Positions 1 to 9,097 of a DNA stretch of 64,000 nt are shown here, piece by piece (position 1 is the first letter of the stretch; every line of letters begins with the position of its first letter). The notes beneath the pieces are model-generated. The model ran no database searches. It saw only the letters and a list, made by a program, of their open reading frames with translations, and was not told the DNA's origin. Source of the stretch: Acidobacteriota bacterium (GTDB lineage: Bacteria > Acidobacteriota > Thermoanaerobaculia > Multivoradales > UBA5704). The stretch lies in the NCBI GenBank assembly GCA_040005235.1, contig JBDTZG010000003.1, positions 64,001 to 128,000 of the forward strand, read 5' to 3'. Position numbers and translations under genes: made by a program.

Positions 1-2
1 CG

Positions 3-542
3 ATCCCCGCGTATCCGACCCCCGGGCCCTATTGGTTGGAACCACCGGTCGGCGAGGGTGAGTTGATCGTGAAGCTGAACCTCACCGAGCCGTCCTTGCT
101 CGAGTTCACGGCGTCCGCGTTCTCTCCCGATCGGGTGTTCGCGTCGGCGACGATGTGGGTATTGCCCGAAATGCAACTTCTGGACGATCCTGGCCTGGTG
201 CTGACCATCGCGGGTTTGTACACCACGGTGACGGCGTCCGCCATGGGCAGTAAGGTGACCATCAACGCGCACGTGGAAATGATGTGCGGCTGCCCGATCA
301 CGGCGCCGCCCCCGCCGCCGGAAACGGAGCTTTTCTGGCCGTCGAGCGAATTTAAGGTGACGGCAGAAATCCGCCCGCGAGACGGCCGGGACAACCTACC
401 CGTCGATCTCACCTGCACGGCCACGAGCACTTTTACCGGCTCGGCGGACCTGCAGCGCGGGACGTTCGACGTGTGGCTGGTGGCGGTGCAGGCCAAAGAG
501 ACGAACGTCGGATTCGCCAAAACTACAGTGACGGTGACGTAA
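3..542 (+). CDS. Conserved hypothetical protein with MMCGCP motif (5'-truncated by window edge)
   Basis: The frame is open from position 3 to TAA at 540-542. It contains HVEMMCGCPI...FWP and a beta-rich C-terminus; the true start lies upstream of the window. Confidence 0.7.
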   Translation: MPAYPTPGPYWLEPPVGEGELIVKLNLTEPSLLEFTASAFSPDRVFASATMWVLPEMQLLDDPGLVLTIAGLYTTVTASAMGSKVTINAHVEMMCGCPITAPPPPPETELFWPSSEFKVTAEIRPRDGRDNLPVDLTCTATSTFTGSADLQRGTFDVWLVAVQAKETNVGFAKTTVTVT

Positions 543-555
543 GGCCGGGGCGCCC

Positions 556-2142
556 TCAGCCGGGAAGACGCGAAATCGCTTCCCGGCGCAGCACATGCCC
601 CGGTTTGGCGCCGGTCGCGGCACCGCCGGCAAAGACCGCCCGGCCGTTCACCCACACCCGTTCGATGCCGGCGGAGAGAGCGTGCGGTTCGGTCGTGGTG
701 GCCCGGTCGATCACCTTGCCCGGATCGAACAGGACCAGATCGGCAAAGGCACCGGGCACGAGACGGCCGCGGTCTTGGATCCCGACGTGGTCGGCGGCGA
801 GCGAGGTCATCTTGCGCACCGCCTCCTCCAAGCCGAGCACTCCCTTCTCCCGCACGTAACGCCCGAGGACGCGCGGATAGGAACCAAAACCGCGCGGGTG
901 GCTGCCGTCGAGCTGGCCGTCGGTGCAGAGATTGGTGTGCGGCCAGGCCAGGAGCTTTTCGAGGTCACCGTCGATCATGCTGGTGGCGATGACGTTTTCG
1001 ACCCCTTCCTTCCCCTGGCGGCGGAGCGCCTCGGCGTCGCGGATGAGGGCGATGAGCGTCACCTCGGGCGCTTCGCCGCGCTCTTTCGCGATCTCGGCCA
1101 CGGTATGGCCGGCATAGGCCGGGTGCGGCAGATAGCCGCCGAGCAGCAGGCCGTCGGCCGGCGCGATCTCGGCGAGCACCTGGCGGGCTTCCTTCAGGTT
1201 CTCAAAATCGCGGTCCGGGAAGAGCACCGTGAGCGACGAGTGCCAATAAAGATAAGGATAGATGTCGGCCGTGACGTCGATCCCTTGGGAGCGCGCCTGG
1301 TCGAGCAGCGCGATCAGCCGGGGCGCCTGGCCCCAGAGGTTCCGCATCGCGAGCTTGACGTGGGAGATCTGCACCGGGAGCTTCGCCTCGCGGCCGATCG
1401 CGAGGATCTCGTCGATCGCCTCCCAGAACTTGCGGTCCTCGCTGCGGATGTGGCTGATGTAGCGGCCGCCATAGCGCGCGGCGACTCGGGCGAGGTCGAT
1501 CAGCTCGCCGCGGGACGAATAGATGCCGGGATCGTATTCAAGCCCGGAGGAGAGCCCGAGCGCTCCGGCCGCCATGTCCTGTTCGAGCAGCTTCGACATC
1601 TTGTCGATTTCGGCGGCCGTCGCGACACGGCGGAAATCTTCGCCGAGCACCTTGTCGCGCAGCGTGCCGTGCCCCGAGTAGGAGGCGACGTTGATCGCCG
1701 CCGGGGATTTTTCCAGCCGCGCGAAATAGTCGCCGAGCGGAAAGAACGAATCACCGTCCTGCCCGCCGACTACCGTGGTGATCCCCTGGCTCACCGCACC
1801 GAGTGCCTCCGGAATCTCGAACAGGTCCCCCGTGGCGTGGGAATGCGTATCGATGAACCCGGGCGCGAGCACCAGCCCTTTGGCGTCGAACACCTCTTCA
1901 CCCGGCAGCGGCGCCACGTCGCCCACCGCGACGATGCGGTCGCCGACGATCCGCAGGCTCCCCGACCGTCCGGGCACTCCGGTACCATCGATCAACCGGG
2001 CGTTGACGATCCGAAGCGGCTCGGCCTCGGCGGGCCGTTCGGCCGGTTCGACCCCGCCGGATGCGGTCAAGGGCGGCTCGCCAGCTCCGACGAGAGCGCG
2101 GAAAGCGAGCAGCGCGACCACGAAAGCGCCGATTCGACCCAT
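556..2142 (-). CDS. N-acyl-D-amino-acid deacylase (D-aminoacylase) family amidohydrolase, exported
   Basis: Motifs LAPGFIDTHSH, GITTVVGGQDG, GLSSGLEY, SHIRSE, HPRGFGSYPR and GRLVPGAFADLVLFDP. Signal-peptide-like start MGRIGAFVVALLAF at 2142; the longer ORF-track start overlaps kaiB. Confidence 0.9.
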   Translation of the reverse strand: MGRIGAFVVALLAFRALVGAGEPPLTASGGVEPAERPAEAEPLRIVNARLIDGTGVPGRSGSLRIVGDRIVAVGDVAPLPGEEVFDAKGLVLAPGFIDTHSHATGDLFEIPEALGAVSQGITTVVGGQDGDSFFPLGDYFARLEKSPAAINVASYSGHGTLRDKVLGEDFRRVATAAEIDKMSKLLEQDMAAGALGLSSGLEYDPGIYSSRGELIDLARVAARYGGRYISHIRSEDRKFWEAIDEILAIGREAKLPVQISHVKLAMRNLWGQAPRLIALLDQARSQGIDVTADIYPYLYWHSSLTVLFPDRDFENLKEARQVLAEIAPADGLLLGGYLPHPAYAGHTVAEIAKERGEAPEVTLIALIRDAEALRRQGKEGVENVIATSMIDGDLEKLLAWPHTNLCTDGQLDGSHPRGFGSYPRVLGRYVREKGVLGLEEAVRKMTSLAADHVGIQDRGRLVPGAFADLVLFDPGKVIDRATTTEPHALSAGIERVWVNGRAVFAGGAATGAKPGHVLRREAISRLPG

Positions 2143-2199
2143 GGGGTTCAAGGTGTAAGCGAGGCGAGAACCGCTTCGAGAAGTCCGAGCTCGGCAGGC

Positions 2200-2313
2200 A
2201 CCCGCGGCTCGCTCGGCCGAAAGTCCGATTCTGCCGCCGGCCGGAGTGAACTTCGCCGCGTTCTTGAGCTGGTGGAGCTCTTCGTTCTCACCTGGCTCGT
2301 CGGCCGTCCGCAC
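2200..2313 (-). pseudogene. Internally deleted histidine-kinase remnant downstream of kaiB
   Basis: Reads (V)RTADEPGENEELHQL-KNAAKFTPAGGRIGLSAER. NAAKFTPxGGxI is the HATPase_c N-box region; the rest of a kinase is absent. Confidence 0.65.
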
Positions 2314-2318
2314 CCTGT

Positions 2319-2648
2319 TCAGCCCCGGCGAGGCCGCAACTGCAGGCCGACCAGGGTCCGCTCGGTATCCGAGAGATCGCCGATGATGCGGCGAATCGGG
2401 TCGGGCAGCTTGCGCACGAGGGTCGGGATGGCGAGGATCTGATCGTCGCGAGCCAGTTTCGGGTTCACCAGCAGGTCGATGACCTCGATCCGGTAGTGCC
2501 CGGCGAGGTGCTCCTCGCACAGCCGTTTCAGGTTGCTGAAGGCGGCGATCGACTTGGGGGTCTGCCCGGCAACGTAGAGCCGAAGCTCCCAGACCTCTGT
2601 CGGGTCGGGGTTCTCAGAGGAGAGATTCGGTTCCAAGGCGGTCGGCAT
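2319..2648 (-). CDS. kaiB: Circadian clock protein KaiB
   Basis: [14 protein letters not shown]...IEVIDLL...[26 protein letters not shown] is canonical KaiB. Alternative TTG start at 2660. Confidence 0.95.
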   Translation of the reverse strand: MPTALEPNLSSENPDPTEVWELRLYVAGQTPKSIAAFSNLKRLCEEHLAGHYRIEVIDLLVNPKLARDDQILAIPTLVRKLPDPIRRIIGDLSDTERTLVGLQLRPRRG

Positions 2649-2666
2649 GATCGTTCTCAATATATC

Positions 2667-4400
2667 TCAAAGTAACTTGGTGCCAATGCCTTGACGGTCG
2701 GCGCCCCGGCGGTGCGCCATGCGCTCGCGGTCGCCCACCGCGATCCGTTCCGCCTCCTCATTGTCCAGGGCGATCCGCCGCGATTCCTCCTCGACCGCTT
2801 CCGCATCGGTGCGCAGGGCCGCGATCTGCGCTTCGAGCGTCACGCGGCGGCGCTCCAGCTCGCGCTGCCGCCGCTCGGCCTCCTGCTTCCTCGTCACCCC
2901 TCCGGCCTGCTCGCGCGCTTCCTGAGCGGCCCGAAGAGAGCCGGTCAGAACACCCTCCGATCCGACATAGACGTCGAGGAGATCGATGCCCTGGTGGGTT
3001 AGACGGAACTCACGGATCTGGTTCGAGTGCTCCATACCCCGGGATTTGAGCACGTAGAGGCCCCGATTGCGCTCGCCGCCCGCCTCGATATGGCGCACCA
3101 GAACCCAGGTATCGACCAGGGAGGAGATCTCCGCCTCGGACCGTTCGAGCGCGCCACCGCCGGAGGTCAGGCTGACCAGGAAGGCAGTGATCCCCTCGGA
3201 CTTGAGGAAGTCGATCAGGCGCACGAGCATCGCCTGCACCTCGACCTCCGCGCCCACGGCGCTGAAGGAGGTGAGCGGATCGATGACCACGACCTGGGGC
3301 CGCCATTCGCGGACGAGCTTGTGGATCGCGACCAGATGCGATTCGAGGCCATGGAGCGAAGGCCGGGCGGATTCGATGCGCAACAGGTCCCGGTCGAGCC
3401 ACCGAGCCAGGTTGATACCGATCGAGCGCATGTTGCGGACGATCTGATGCGCCGATTCCTCGAACGAGAGATAGAGGCACCGCTCTCCGCGCGCGCACGC
3501 GCTGTCCACGAAAGAGACGGCGAGGCTGGACTTACCGGTGCCCGCCATGCCGCTGACCATGATGCTGCTGCCCCGGAAGTAGCCGAGTCCGCCGAGCATG
3601 GCGTCGAGCCGCGGGACTCCCGACGAGATCCGCTCGGCGCTGGCGGCATAATTGAGCCCCATCGAGGTCACCGGCAGCACGGAGATGCCGGTCTCGTCGA
3701 TCAGGAACGGATATTCGTTCGTTCCGTGAACGGTGCCGCGGTATTTGACAATTCGCAGACGGCGGGTCGAAAGCTGGCCGTTGACCCGGTGGTCGAGCAG
3801 GATGACGCAGTCGGCGACGTACTCCTCCAGACCGTGTCGGGTCAGTTGGCCGTCGCCGCGCTCGCCGGTGATCACCGTGGTCATTCCCCGGTCCTTGAGC
3901 CAGCGAAAGAGGCGCCGCAACTCGGAACGCAGGATCGCGTCGTCCGACAGTCCGCCGAACAGGTTCTCGATCGTGTCCAGGACGACGCGCCGAGCGCCGA
4001 TGGAGTCGATGGCCAGCCCGAGGCGGATGAACAGGCCTTCGAGATCGTATTCTCCCGTCTCCTCGATCTGGCTGCGCTCGACGTGAATGGCTTCGACGAG
4101 GAACTTGCCCTCCGCTTCGAGAATGTCGAGGTCGAAACCGAGCGAGCGGACGTTCTGCGTCAGCTCCGCGGCGGTCTCCTCGAAGCTCACGAATACCCCG
4201 GGCTCACCGTGCTCGACCGCGCCGCGGACCAGGAACTCCATGGCGAGCAGCGTCTTGCCGCAGCCGGCGCTGCCGCAGACCAGCGTCGGCCGGCCGCGCG
4301 GCAGCCCCCCGCCGGTAATCTCGTCGAGCCCGCGGATGCCGGTCGCCGCCTTCGGCAGCTCGCGGGACGGCGAGCTGTCACGTTCCAGGGGTTCGCTCAT
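2667..4400 (-). CDS. kaiC: Circadian clock protein KaiC (double ATPase domain, KaiC2-like)
   Basis: Two P-loops (GSAGCGKT, GMAGTGKS), paired EE catalytic residues, EEYVADCVI, ISSLVDTW phosphosite region, KSRGMEHSNQIREF, and a C-terminal coiled coil. Confidence 0.95.
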   Translation of the reverse strand: MSEPLERDSSPSRELPKAATGIRGLDEITGGGLPRGRPTLVCGSAGCGKTLLAMEFLVRGAVEHGEPGVFVSFEETAAELTQNVRSLGFDLDILEAEGKFLVEAIHVERSQIEETGEYDLEGLFIRLGLAIDSIGARRVVLDTIENLFGGLSDDAILRSELRRLFRWLKDRGMTTVITGERGDGQLTRHGLEEYVADCVILLDHRVNGQLSTRRLRIVKYRGTVHGTNEYPFLIDETGISVLPVTSMGLNYAASAERISSGVPRLDAMLGGLGYFRGSSIMVSGMAGTGKSSLAVSFVDSACARGERCLYLSFEESAHQIVRNMRSIGINLARWLDRDLLRIESARPSLHGLESHLVAIHKLVREWRPQVVVIDPLTSFSAVGAEVEVQAMLVRLIDFLKSEGITAFLVSLTSGGGALERSEAEISSLVDTWVLVRHIEAGGERNRGLYVLKSRGMEHSNQIREFRLTHQGIDLLDVYVGSEGVLTGSLRAAQEAREQAGGVTRKQEAERRQRELERRRVTLEAQIAALRTDAEAVEEESRRIALDNEEAERIAVGDRERMAHRRGADRQGIGTKLL

Positions 4401-4488
4401 GGGGTGAAATCTCTAGTAGCCATCATCGAAGTCCGGATCGGCGAAAATTCCGTGGATCTGTGCAAAATAGTTCAAATGCCTGTCGCCG

Positions 4489-6006
4489 TCAAAAATCACC
4501 CTGCCGCCCTGTCGCTAAGGGAAACCGCGCCGCGATCCAGTCGCCGATGATTCCAAGAGCCTCGGGGGAGAACGTCTCCTCGATCGTGCCGTACTCTTCG
4601 ATGCCGCCGGTCTGGGCATGCTGGAACAGGTGATTGAGGCCGGGAAGGATGCGCTCCTCGTGCGTAGGATTCTTGGCGGCGGACAGTGCGGCGCGCACGG
4701 CATTGGCGTTCACTTCCGGGTCCACCTGGAGATCCTTTCCTCCGAACAGGGAGAGGACCGGAATCTTCAACTTTCGTAGGTAGATCCCCGGATCTTGGAC
4801 GATCAGCGACCGGAACCAGGCGGTCGTCGAAACGCGGATCGAGCGCTCGATCGCCGCGGCGTCTACCCCGAGCTTCGCGCGTTCCTCGTCGGTGAACTGC
4901 TTTCTGCGGACCTCCGCGAGCGCCCGCAACCGCTCTAGCAGCTTGTCGGTCGGGATCTTGGAATCCGCGATCAAGTCGAGGTCCTCTGCCTGGGTCGCGA
5001 GCACTCGATCGATCAGCTTCTCGTCGAGCCCTTGGAGGCGGAGGAGGGCCCGGCCCTGGCGTACCAGCAGCGACCGCAGGGTCTCTCCCGGCGGGGCGAG
5101 GAGAACGAGGAAGTCCACGGACGGATCGGCTGCCGGAGTCACCGCGCCGACCGCCGCCACCGCGACCATCGGCCCGATTAAGCCCCCCTCGCTGTGGCCG
5201 ACGATGCCGACCGCGTGGCCTGCCACCTCGGGGCGCGACCGTAGATAGGCTACGGCGGCCCGCGCGTCGGCCGCGAAATCGTCCACCGTAGAGCCGAAGT
5301 GGTCGCCCCCCGAGGCGCCGGCCCCCCGATCATCCCAGCGGAGCGAAGCGATGCCGCGGCGGGCCAAGGCGTCGGCAATTACCAGGAACGGCTTGTGGCT
5401 CAGCAGCGACTCGTCCCGGTCCTGCGGTCCGGAGCCGCTGACCATGGCCACGGCGGGGAACGGCCCCTTCCCCTCGGGAACGAGGAGAGTCCCGGCCAGG
5501 CGAACCTTTCCCGCGTCGCTTTCGAACGTGACGTCGAGGCTCCGGTAGGGAAACGGCGCCTTCGGCAACTGTGGCCGGTTGAGGGCAAACGCCTGCTTCT
5601 GCCGCTCGAAGGTGAGCGGCAGCATCTGCCCCCCTTGCGACCACACGCCCGTAATAGCGCCCCCTTCGGCGTTCAGAGTGCCCTGATAGGAGCCGGCGAT
5701 CGCCGGGATCGAAAGCTTGAGCGTGCGGTTCTCGAACGACACTTCGCCGACGGGGATCTTCGCCCCCTGGTCGATGCTGTCGAGAATCGCGGTCAAACCG
5801 CCGTCGGTCTTTTTGTCGATGCGCAGCCCGAGGCGAAGGCTTACCGCCCCCACCTTGAGCGCTCCCAGCCAATCTCCGGCTATTTCGTCGCCGGTAGCTG
5901 CCTTCTCCGGAGCGGCGGGAGCTTCGGCAAGAGCCGATGGAATCGTCGCGAGCAGGGCGAACGCCGTCGCCAGACACGGCAAGAGCTTGGATCGGAACAC
6001 TTTCAT
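4489..6006 (-). CDS. Exported alpha/beta-fold serine hydrolase
   Basis: GSGPQDRDE, GHSEGG nucleophile elbow, GGKDLQV and LNHLFQH; signal peptide; AAGGAG RBS. Start at 6006 or 6012. Confidence 0.88.
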   Translation of the reverse strand: MKVFRSKLLPCLATAFALLATIPSALAEAPAAPEKAATGDEIAGDWLGALKVGAVSLRLGLRIDKKTDGGLTAILDSIDQGAKIPVGEVSFENRTLKLSIPAIAGSYQGTLNAEGGAITGVWSQGGQMLPLTFERQKQAFALNRPQLPKAPFPYRSLDVTFESDAGKVRLAGTLLVPEGKGPFPAVAMVSGSGPQDRDESLLSHKPFLVIADALARRGIASLRWDDRGAGASGGDHFGSTVDDFAADARAAVAYLRSRPEVAGHAVGIVGHSEGGLIGPMVAVAAVGAVTPAADPSVDFLVLLAPPGETLRSLLVRQGRALLRLQGLDEKLIDRVLATQAEDLDLIADSKIPTDKLLERLRALAEVRRKQFTDEERAKLGVDAAAIERSIRVSTTAWFRSLIVQDPGIYLRKLKIPVLSLFGGKDLQVDPEVNANAVRAALSAAKNPTHEERILPGLNHLFQHAQTGGIEEYGTIEETFSPEALGIIGDWIAARFPLATGRQGDF

Positions 6007-6016
6007 CTTCATCTCC

Positions 6017-6217
6017 TTAAGTGTTGGTTTCCGGATCGAAGAGATCTTCGATCGGCATCTTGAACAGTCCCGCGATGCGAAAAGCGAGCGGCAGACTGGG
6101 GTCATATTTGCCGATCTCGATCGCGTTGACCGTCTGGCGCGAGACCTCCAGCCGTTGCGCCAGATCGGCCTGCGTCCAATCGCGCTCGGCGCGCAGCACC
6201 TTCAGCCGGTTCTTCAC
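6017..6217 (-). CDS. XRE/Cro-family helix-turn-helix transcriptional regulator
   Basis: VKNRLKVLRAERDWTQADLAQRLEVSRQTVNAIEIGKYDPSLPLAFRIA. The GTG start overlaps the upstream TGA (GTGA). Confidence 0.92.
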   Translation of the reverse strand: MKNRLKVLRAERDWTQADLAQRLEVSRQTVNAIEIGKYDPSLPLAFRIAGLFKMPIEDLFDPETNT

Positions 6218-6636
6218 GAGTACCTCCGGTACCCGAGCATCACGGCCAAGGGATGGATGAGGATCATGGCGACGAAAAGAAAGGCGAAGTCCTTGACCTC
6301 CACAGCGCCGCTCACCGCCAGAAGCCAAAACGACAAGCCCCCGAACACGCCGACCCCGAAGGCGAGCGCAAGCGCTTCGACCTCGATCTTGCGCCGCAGC
6401 TCGTCGGTTTCACGAAGGAACATCCGGTACGCCAGAACGGTCGCCAGGCCGAGGAGCGCGGTGCCGATCACCGCCGCAAAGGTCACCCCGGAGGACCACC
6501 ACTCTTTCTTGATCCCCAGCGTGGCGGCGGCGAAAGAGAGCGCCCAGGCCAGAGCCCAGATCGTGACGCGCCACCGATTTCGTCGATCCCGCTGTCGGCC
6601 CGAAGTGCCGCGGGAAGAGTCATCGTTCGTATTCAC
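6214..6636 (-). CDS. Four-TM membrane protein of the kind commonly paired with XRE regulators
   Basis: Four hydrophobic segments, a DELRRKI motif, AAGGAGG RBS, and translational coupling to the XRE gene. Confidence 0.8.
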   Translation of the reverse strand: MNTNDDSSRGTSGRQRDRRNRWRVTIWALAWALSFAAATLGIKKEWWSSGVTFAAVIGTALLGLATVLAYRMFLRETDELRRKIEVEALALAFGVGVFGGLSFWLLAVSGAVEVKDFAFLFVAMILIHPLAVMLGYRRYS

Positions 6637-6659
6637 AGGCGTTGCCTCCTTGTCTTAGA

Positions 6660-6722
6660 GTCAAGATTACTTGACACGACGAACGGTACAGCGTCCTTTT
6701 CTCCGTGTCAAGCGTGCTTGTC
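6660..6722 (-). promoter_or_regulatory. Sigma70 promoter with two GTCAAG-N4-CTTGWC operators
   Basis: Minus strand TTGACA (6711-6706), 17 bp, TACCGT (6688-6683). Palindromes GTCAAG-ATTA-CTTGAC (6660-6675) and GTCAAG-CGTG-CTTGTC (6707-6722, overlapping -35) are probable sites for the XRE regulator (inference). Confidence 0.75.
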
Positions 6723-6785
6723 CAGAAAGAATGACGAGAAGACGGTGAATGAGGTAAAGCTAGCGTGCGATAACCTCCGGATCCT

Positions 6786-8264
6786 ATGACCGGAACGGAA
6801 CCGTTCGCGACCGCCTGGGTCCTGCTGGGACTCGGGGTACTGCTCGGCCTGTCGGCGCTTTCGAGCCGATTGGCCGGCAAGAGCGGTTTGCCGATCACCC
6901 TGCTGCTGCTCGGCGTCGGCATGCTCGCGGGCTCCGAAGGAATCGGCCATATCGGGTTCGAGGATTATTCGCTCTCGTTCCGCCTGGGTTCTCTCGCCCT
7001 GGTCTTGATCCTGTTCGACGGCGGCCTCAACACCCCCATCGCCTCGGTGAAAAAGGGGCTCGGCCCCGCGGCCGTCCTCGCGACGCTCGGCGTCCTCGGC
7101 ACCGCGTCGATCATCGCGTTCGGCGCGTGGCTGCTCGGCTTCGAACCCCTGCGGGCGGCGCTTCTGGGGGTGGTCGTCTCTTCGACCGACGCCGCCGCCG
7201 TGTTCTCGACCCTTCGCGCGGGAGGAATCCGACTTCCCCACCGCCTGGGCGCGGTGCTGGAGCTTGAGTCGGGGCTCAACGACCCAATGGCGGTGATCCT
7301 GACCACGGCGATCACTTCGATCGCCCTCGGGAAGGAGGTCTCCGGCTGGCACCTGGCCCTGGAGATCCCCGTCCAGCTCGCGGTCGGGGCGGGGCTGGGA
7401 TTCGCGATCGGCCGCGCCGGGCGCTGGCTGCTGCGCCGCGCTCGGCTCAAGGTGAGCGGTCTCTACCCGGCGCTCACCGTGGCGCTCGCGCTGCTCGCAT
7501 TCGCACTCCCCACGCTGTTCTTCGGCAGCGGCTTCCTCGCCGTGTATGTGGCGGCGATCGTCCTGGGCGACGGCAAGCTGCCCCATCGCAACAACCTCCT
7601 GCGGGTCCACGACTCGATCGCTTGGTTCGCGCAGATCGGCATGTTCCTGCTGCTCGGGCTGCTGGTTTTCCCGTCGCGGGTGCTCACCGTGCCACCCCAG
7701 GGCCTCGCTCTCGCGCTGCTGCTCGCGCTGGTCGCCCGGCCGCTGGTGGTCTTTCTGCTCCTGCTGCCGTTCCGGTTCCCGCGCCGCGAGGCGATCTTCC
7801 TCTCCTGGACCGGTCTGCGCGGCGCGGTGCCGATCGTGCTCGCGACCTTTCCGGTGATGGCGGGCCTGCCCGGCGCGCGCGAGATCTTCGACGTCGTCTT
7901 TTTCGTCACTGTGATCAACACCCTCGTTCCGGGGGCGACGATCGCCGCCCTGGCCCGCCGGCTTCGGTTGGCCGCCTCGGAGCCTCCGCCCCCCGAAGCG
8001 GTAGTCGAGATCCACTCCGCGCGACCGCTGGAAGGCGAGACGCTGTCGTTCTATATCGAAGAGGCCGCGGCAGTCTGCGGCGCGGTCATCGCCGACCTGC
8101 CGATTCCGGACTCGGCGGTGATCCTGCTCGTCGTCCGCGGCAACCGAATGATCGCGCCGCGAGGCTCGACGCTGTTCGAGGCAGGCGATCACATCCACCT
8201 GTACTGCGAAGCCGCGGACGCGCCTTTCCTCGGATTGCTCTTCGGTCGGCCGGAGGAAGGGTAG
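6786..8264 (+). CDS. nhaP2: Potassium/proton antiporter (CPA1, NhaP2/CvrA type) with C-terminal TrkA-C domain
   Basis: LFDGGL, SSTDAAAVF, LELESGLNDP, GSGFLAVY and WTGLRGAVPIVLA; RCK-C-like tail. Confidence 0.9.
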   Translation: MTGTEPFATAWVLLGLGVLLGLSALSSRLAGKSGLPITLLLLGVGMLAGSEGIGHIGFEDYSLSFRLGSLALVLILFDGGLNTPIASVKKGLGPAAVLATLGVLGTASIIAFGAWLLGFEPLRAALLGVVVSSTDAAAVFSTLRAGGIRLPHRLGAVLELESGLNDPMAVILTTAITSIALGKEVSGWHLALEIPVQLAVGAGLGFAIGRAGRWLLRRARLKVSGLYPALTVALALLAFALPTLFFGSGFLAVYVAAIVLGDGKLPHRNNLLRVHDSIAWFAQIGMFLLLGLLVFPSRVLTVPPQGLALALLLALVARPLVVFLLLLPFRFPRREAIFLSWTGLRGAVPIVLATFPVMAGLPGAREIFDVVFFVTVINTLVPGATIAALARRLRLAASEPPPPEAVVEIHSARPLEGETLSFYIEEAAAVCGAVIADLPIPDSAVILLVVRGNRMIAPRGSTLFEAGDHIHLYCEAADAPFLGLLFGRPEEG

Positions 8265-8417
8265 GCCCGAGCCCGAAGCAGTAACTATCAAACAAAGCTT
8301 TGGATGCGTCCTTCTCCCCGTCCGCATCCGGCAAGGCTCCGGCACTCCTTTTAAAGGAACGGTTTCCCGAGACTCTCGAACGATTCGGAGTCGTCGCGGA
8401 CCGACCGGGAGGAAGCC

Positions 8418-8570
8418 ATGAGGAAGAAGGCGTTCGACAAGAGCCTCAATCTCCACCGCGAGACCCTGCTGGCGTTGGAGGATTCGACGCTCCCCAAAGC
8501 GCAGGCCGCAGGCGCCGTGACGTCAGCCTGCAAATCCGGCTGGACCTGCTGCAACAGCACCTGCTTCTGA
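8418..8570 (+). CDS. 50-aa RiPP (lanthipeptide-like) precursor, absent from the ORF track
   Basis: GGGAGG RBS, then MRKKAFDKSLNLHRETLLALEDSTLPKAQAAGAVTSACKSGWTCCNSTCF*: LxLxRETL leader and a Ser/Thr/Cys-rich core. Confidence 0.8.
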   Translation: MRKKAFDKSLNLHRETLLALEDSTLPKAQAAGAVTSACKSGWTCCNSTCF

Positions 8571-8763
8571 GCCAGTGAGTCGACCGGTCCGCGGTCCGCG
8601 GTGCAGGCTCTCGGCCGGCACCGCACTCGGGTCTCTCCGGTGGGCCTTGCGGCTGGCCTCGATTTTCGCCACGCTCTGCGGCTCGCGGTCGAAGGGAAGG
8701 GATCACCCCAAAAACAGTCGGCACCCCTCCGGTCGGCGGGGCGCACATGATCTGTCTGCCGGT

Positions 8764-8976
8764 TCAGCAACCGCAATCGGTCGCGTAGCCGCTATAGCAG
8801 AAGCAATGGGTGAAGAAGCATTCGGAGTAGGTACCACAGGTCCAATTGCAGCCGCTGTCGCCTGAGCAGAATGCCCTTTCGCGGCTCTCCTCAGTGCCGC
8901 CCACGGCAGCACCCAGGGTCTCGGATCGGATGTTGGCCAGAGTCTCACGGGACAGGCGGAGTCGCTTCGTCTTCAC
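8764..8976 (-). CDS. 70-aa RiPP (lanthipeptide-like) precursor with 8-Cys core
   Basis: AAGGAG RBS and GTG start; MKTKRLRLSRETLANIRSETLGAAVGG/TEESRERAFCSGDSGCNWTCGTYSECFFTHCFCYSGYATDCGC*. Confidence 0.82.
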   Translation of the reverse strand: MKTKRLRLSRETLANIRSETLGAAVGGTEESRERAFCSGDSGCNWTCGTYSECFFTHCFCYSGYATDCGC

Positions 8977-9097
8977 GTCCAGTCTCCTTTTCAGAAGGTC
9001 CAACGCGGTCTATGCGCGAGAGCTTAGCGCAGAGAAGGTGAGAATGCGGCGGGCCGGGCTCGCGACGAATGAAGCTACCGCGCCGTAGACCCTGGCG

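Noticed and set aside
2143-2520. N-terminal extension of the 654-aa deacylase ORF
   Set aside because: It overlaps kaiB in another frame. The signal peptide starts at 2142, and the intervening part is better explained as a kinase scar.
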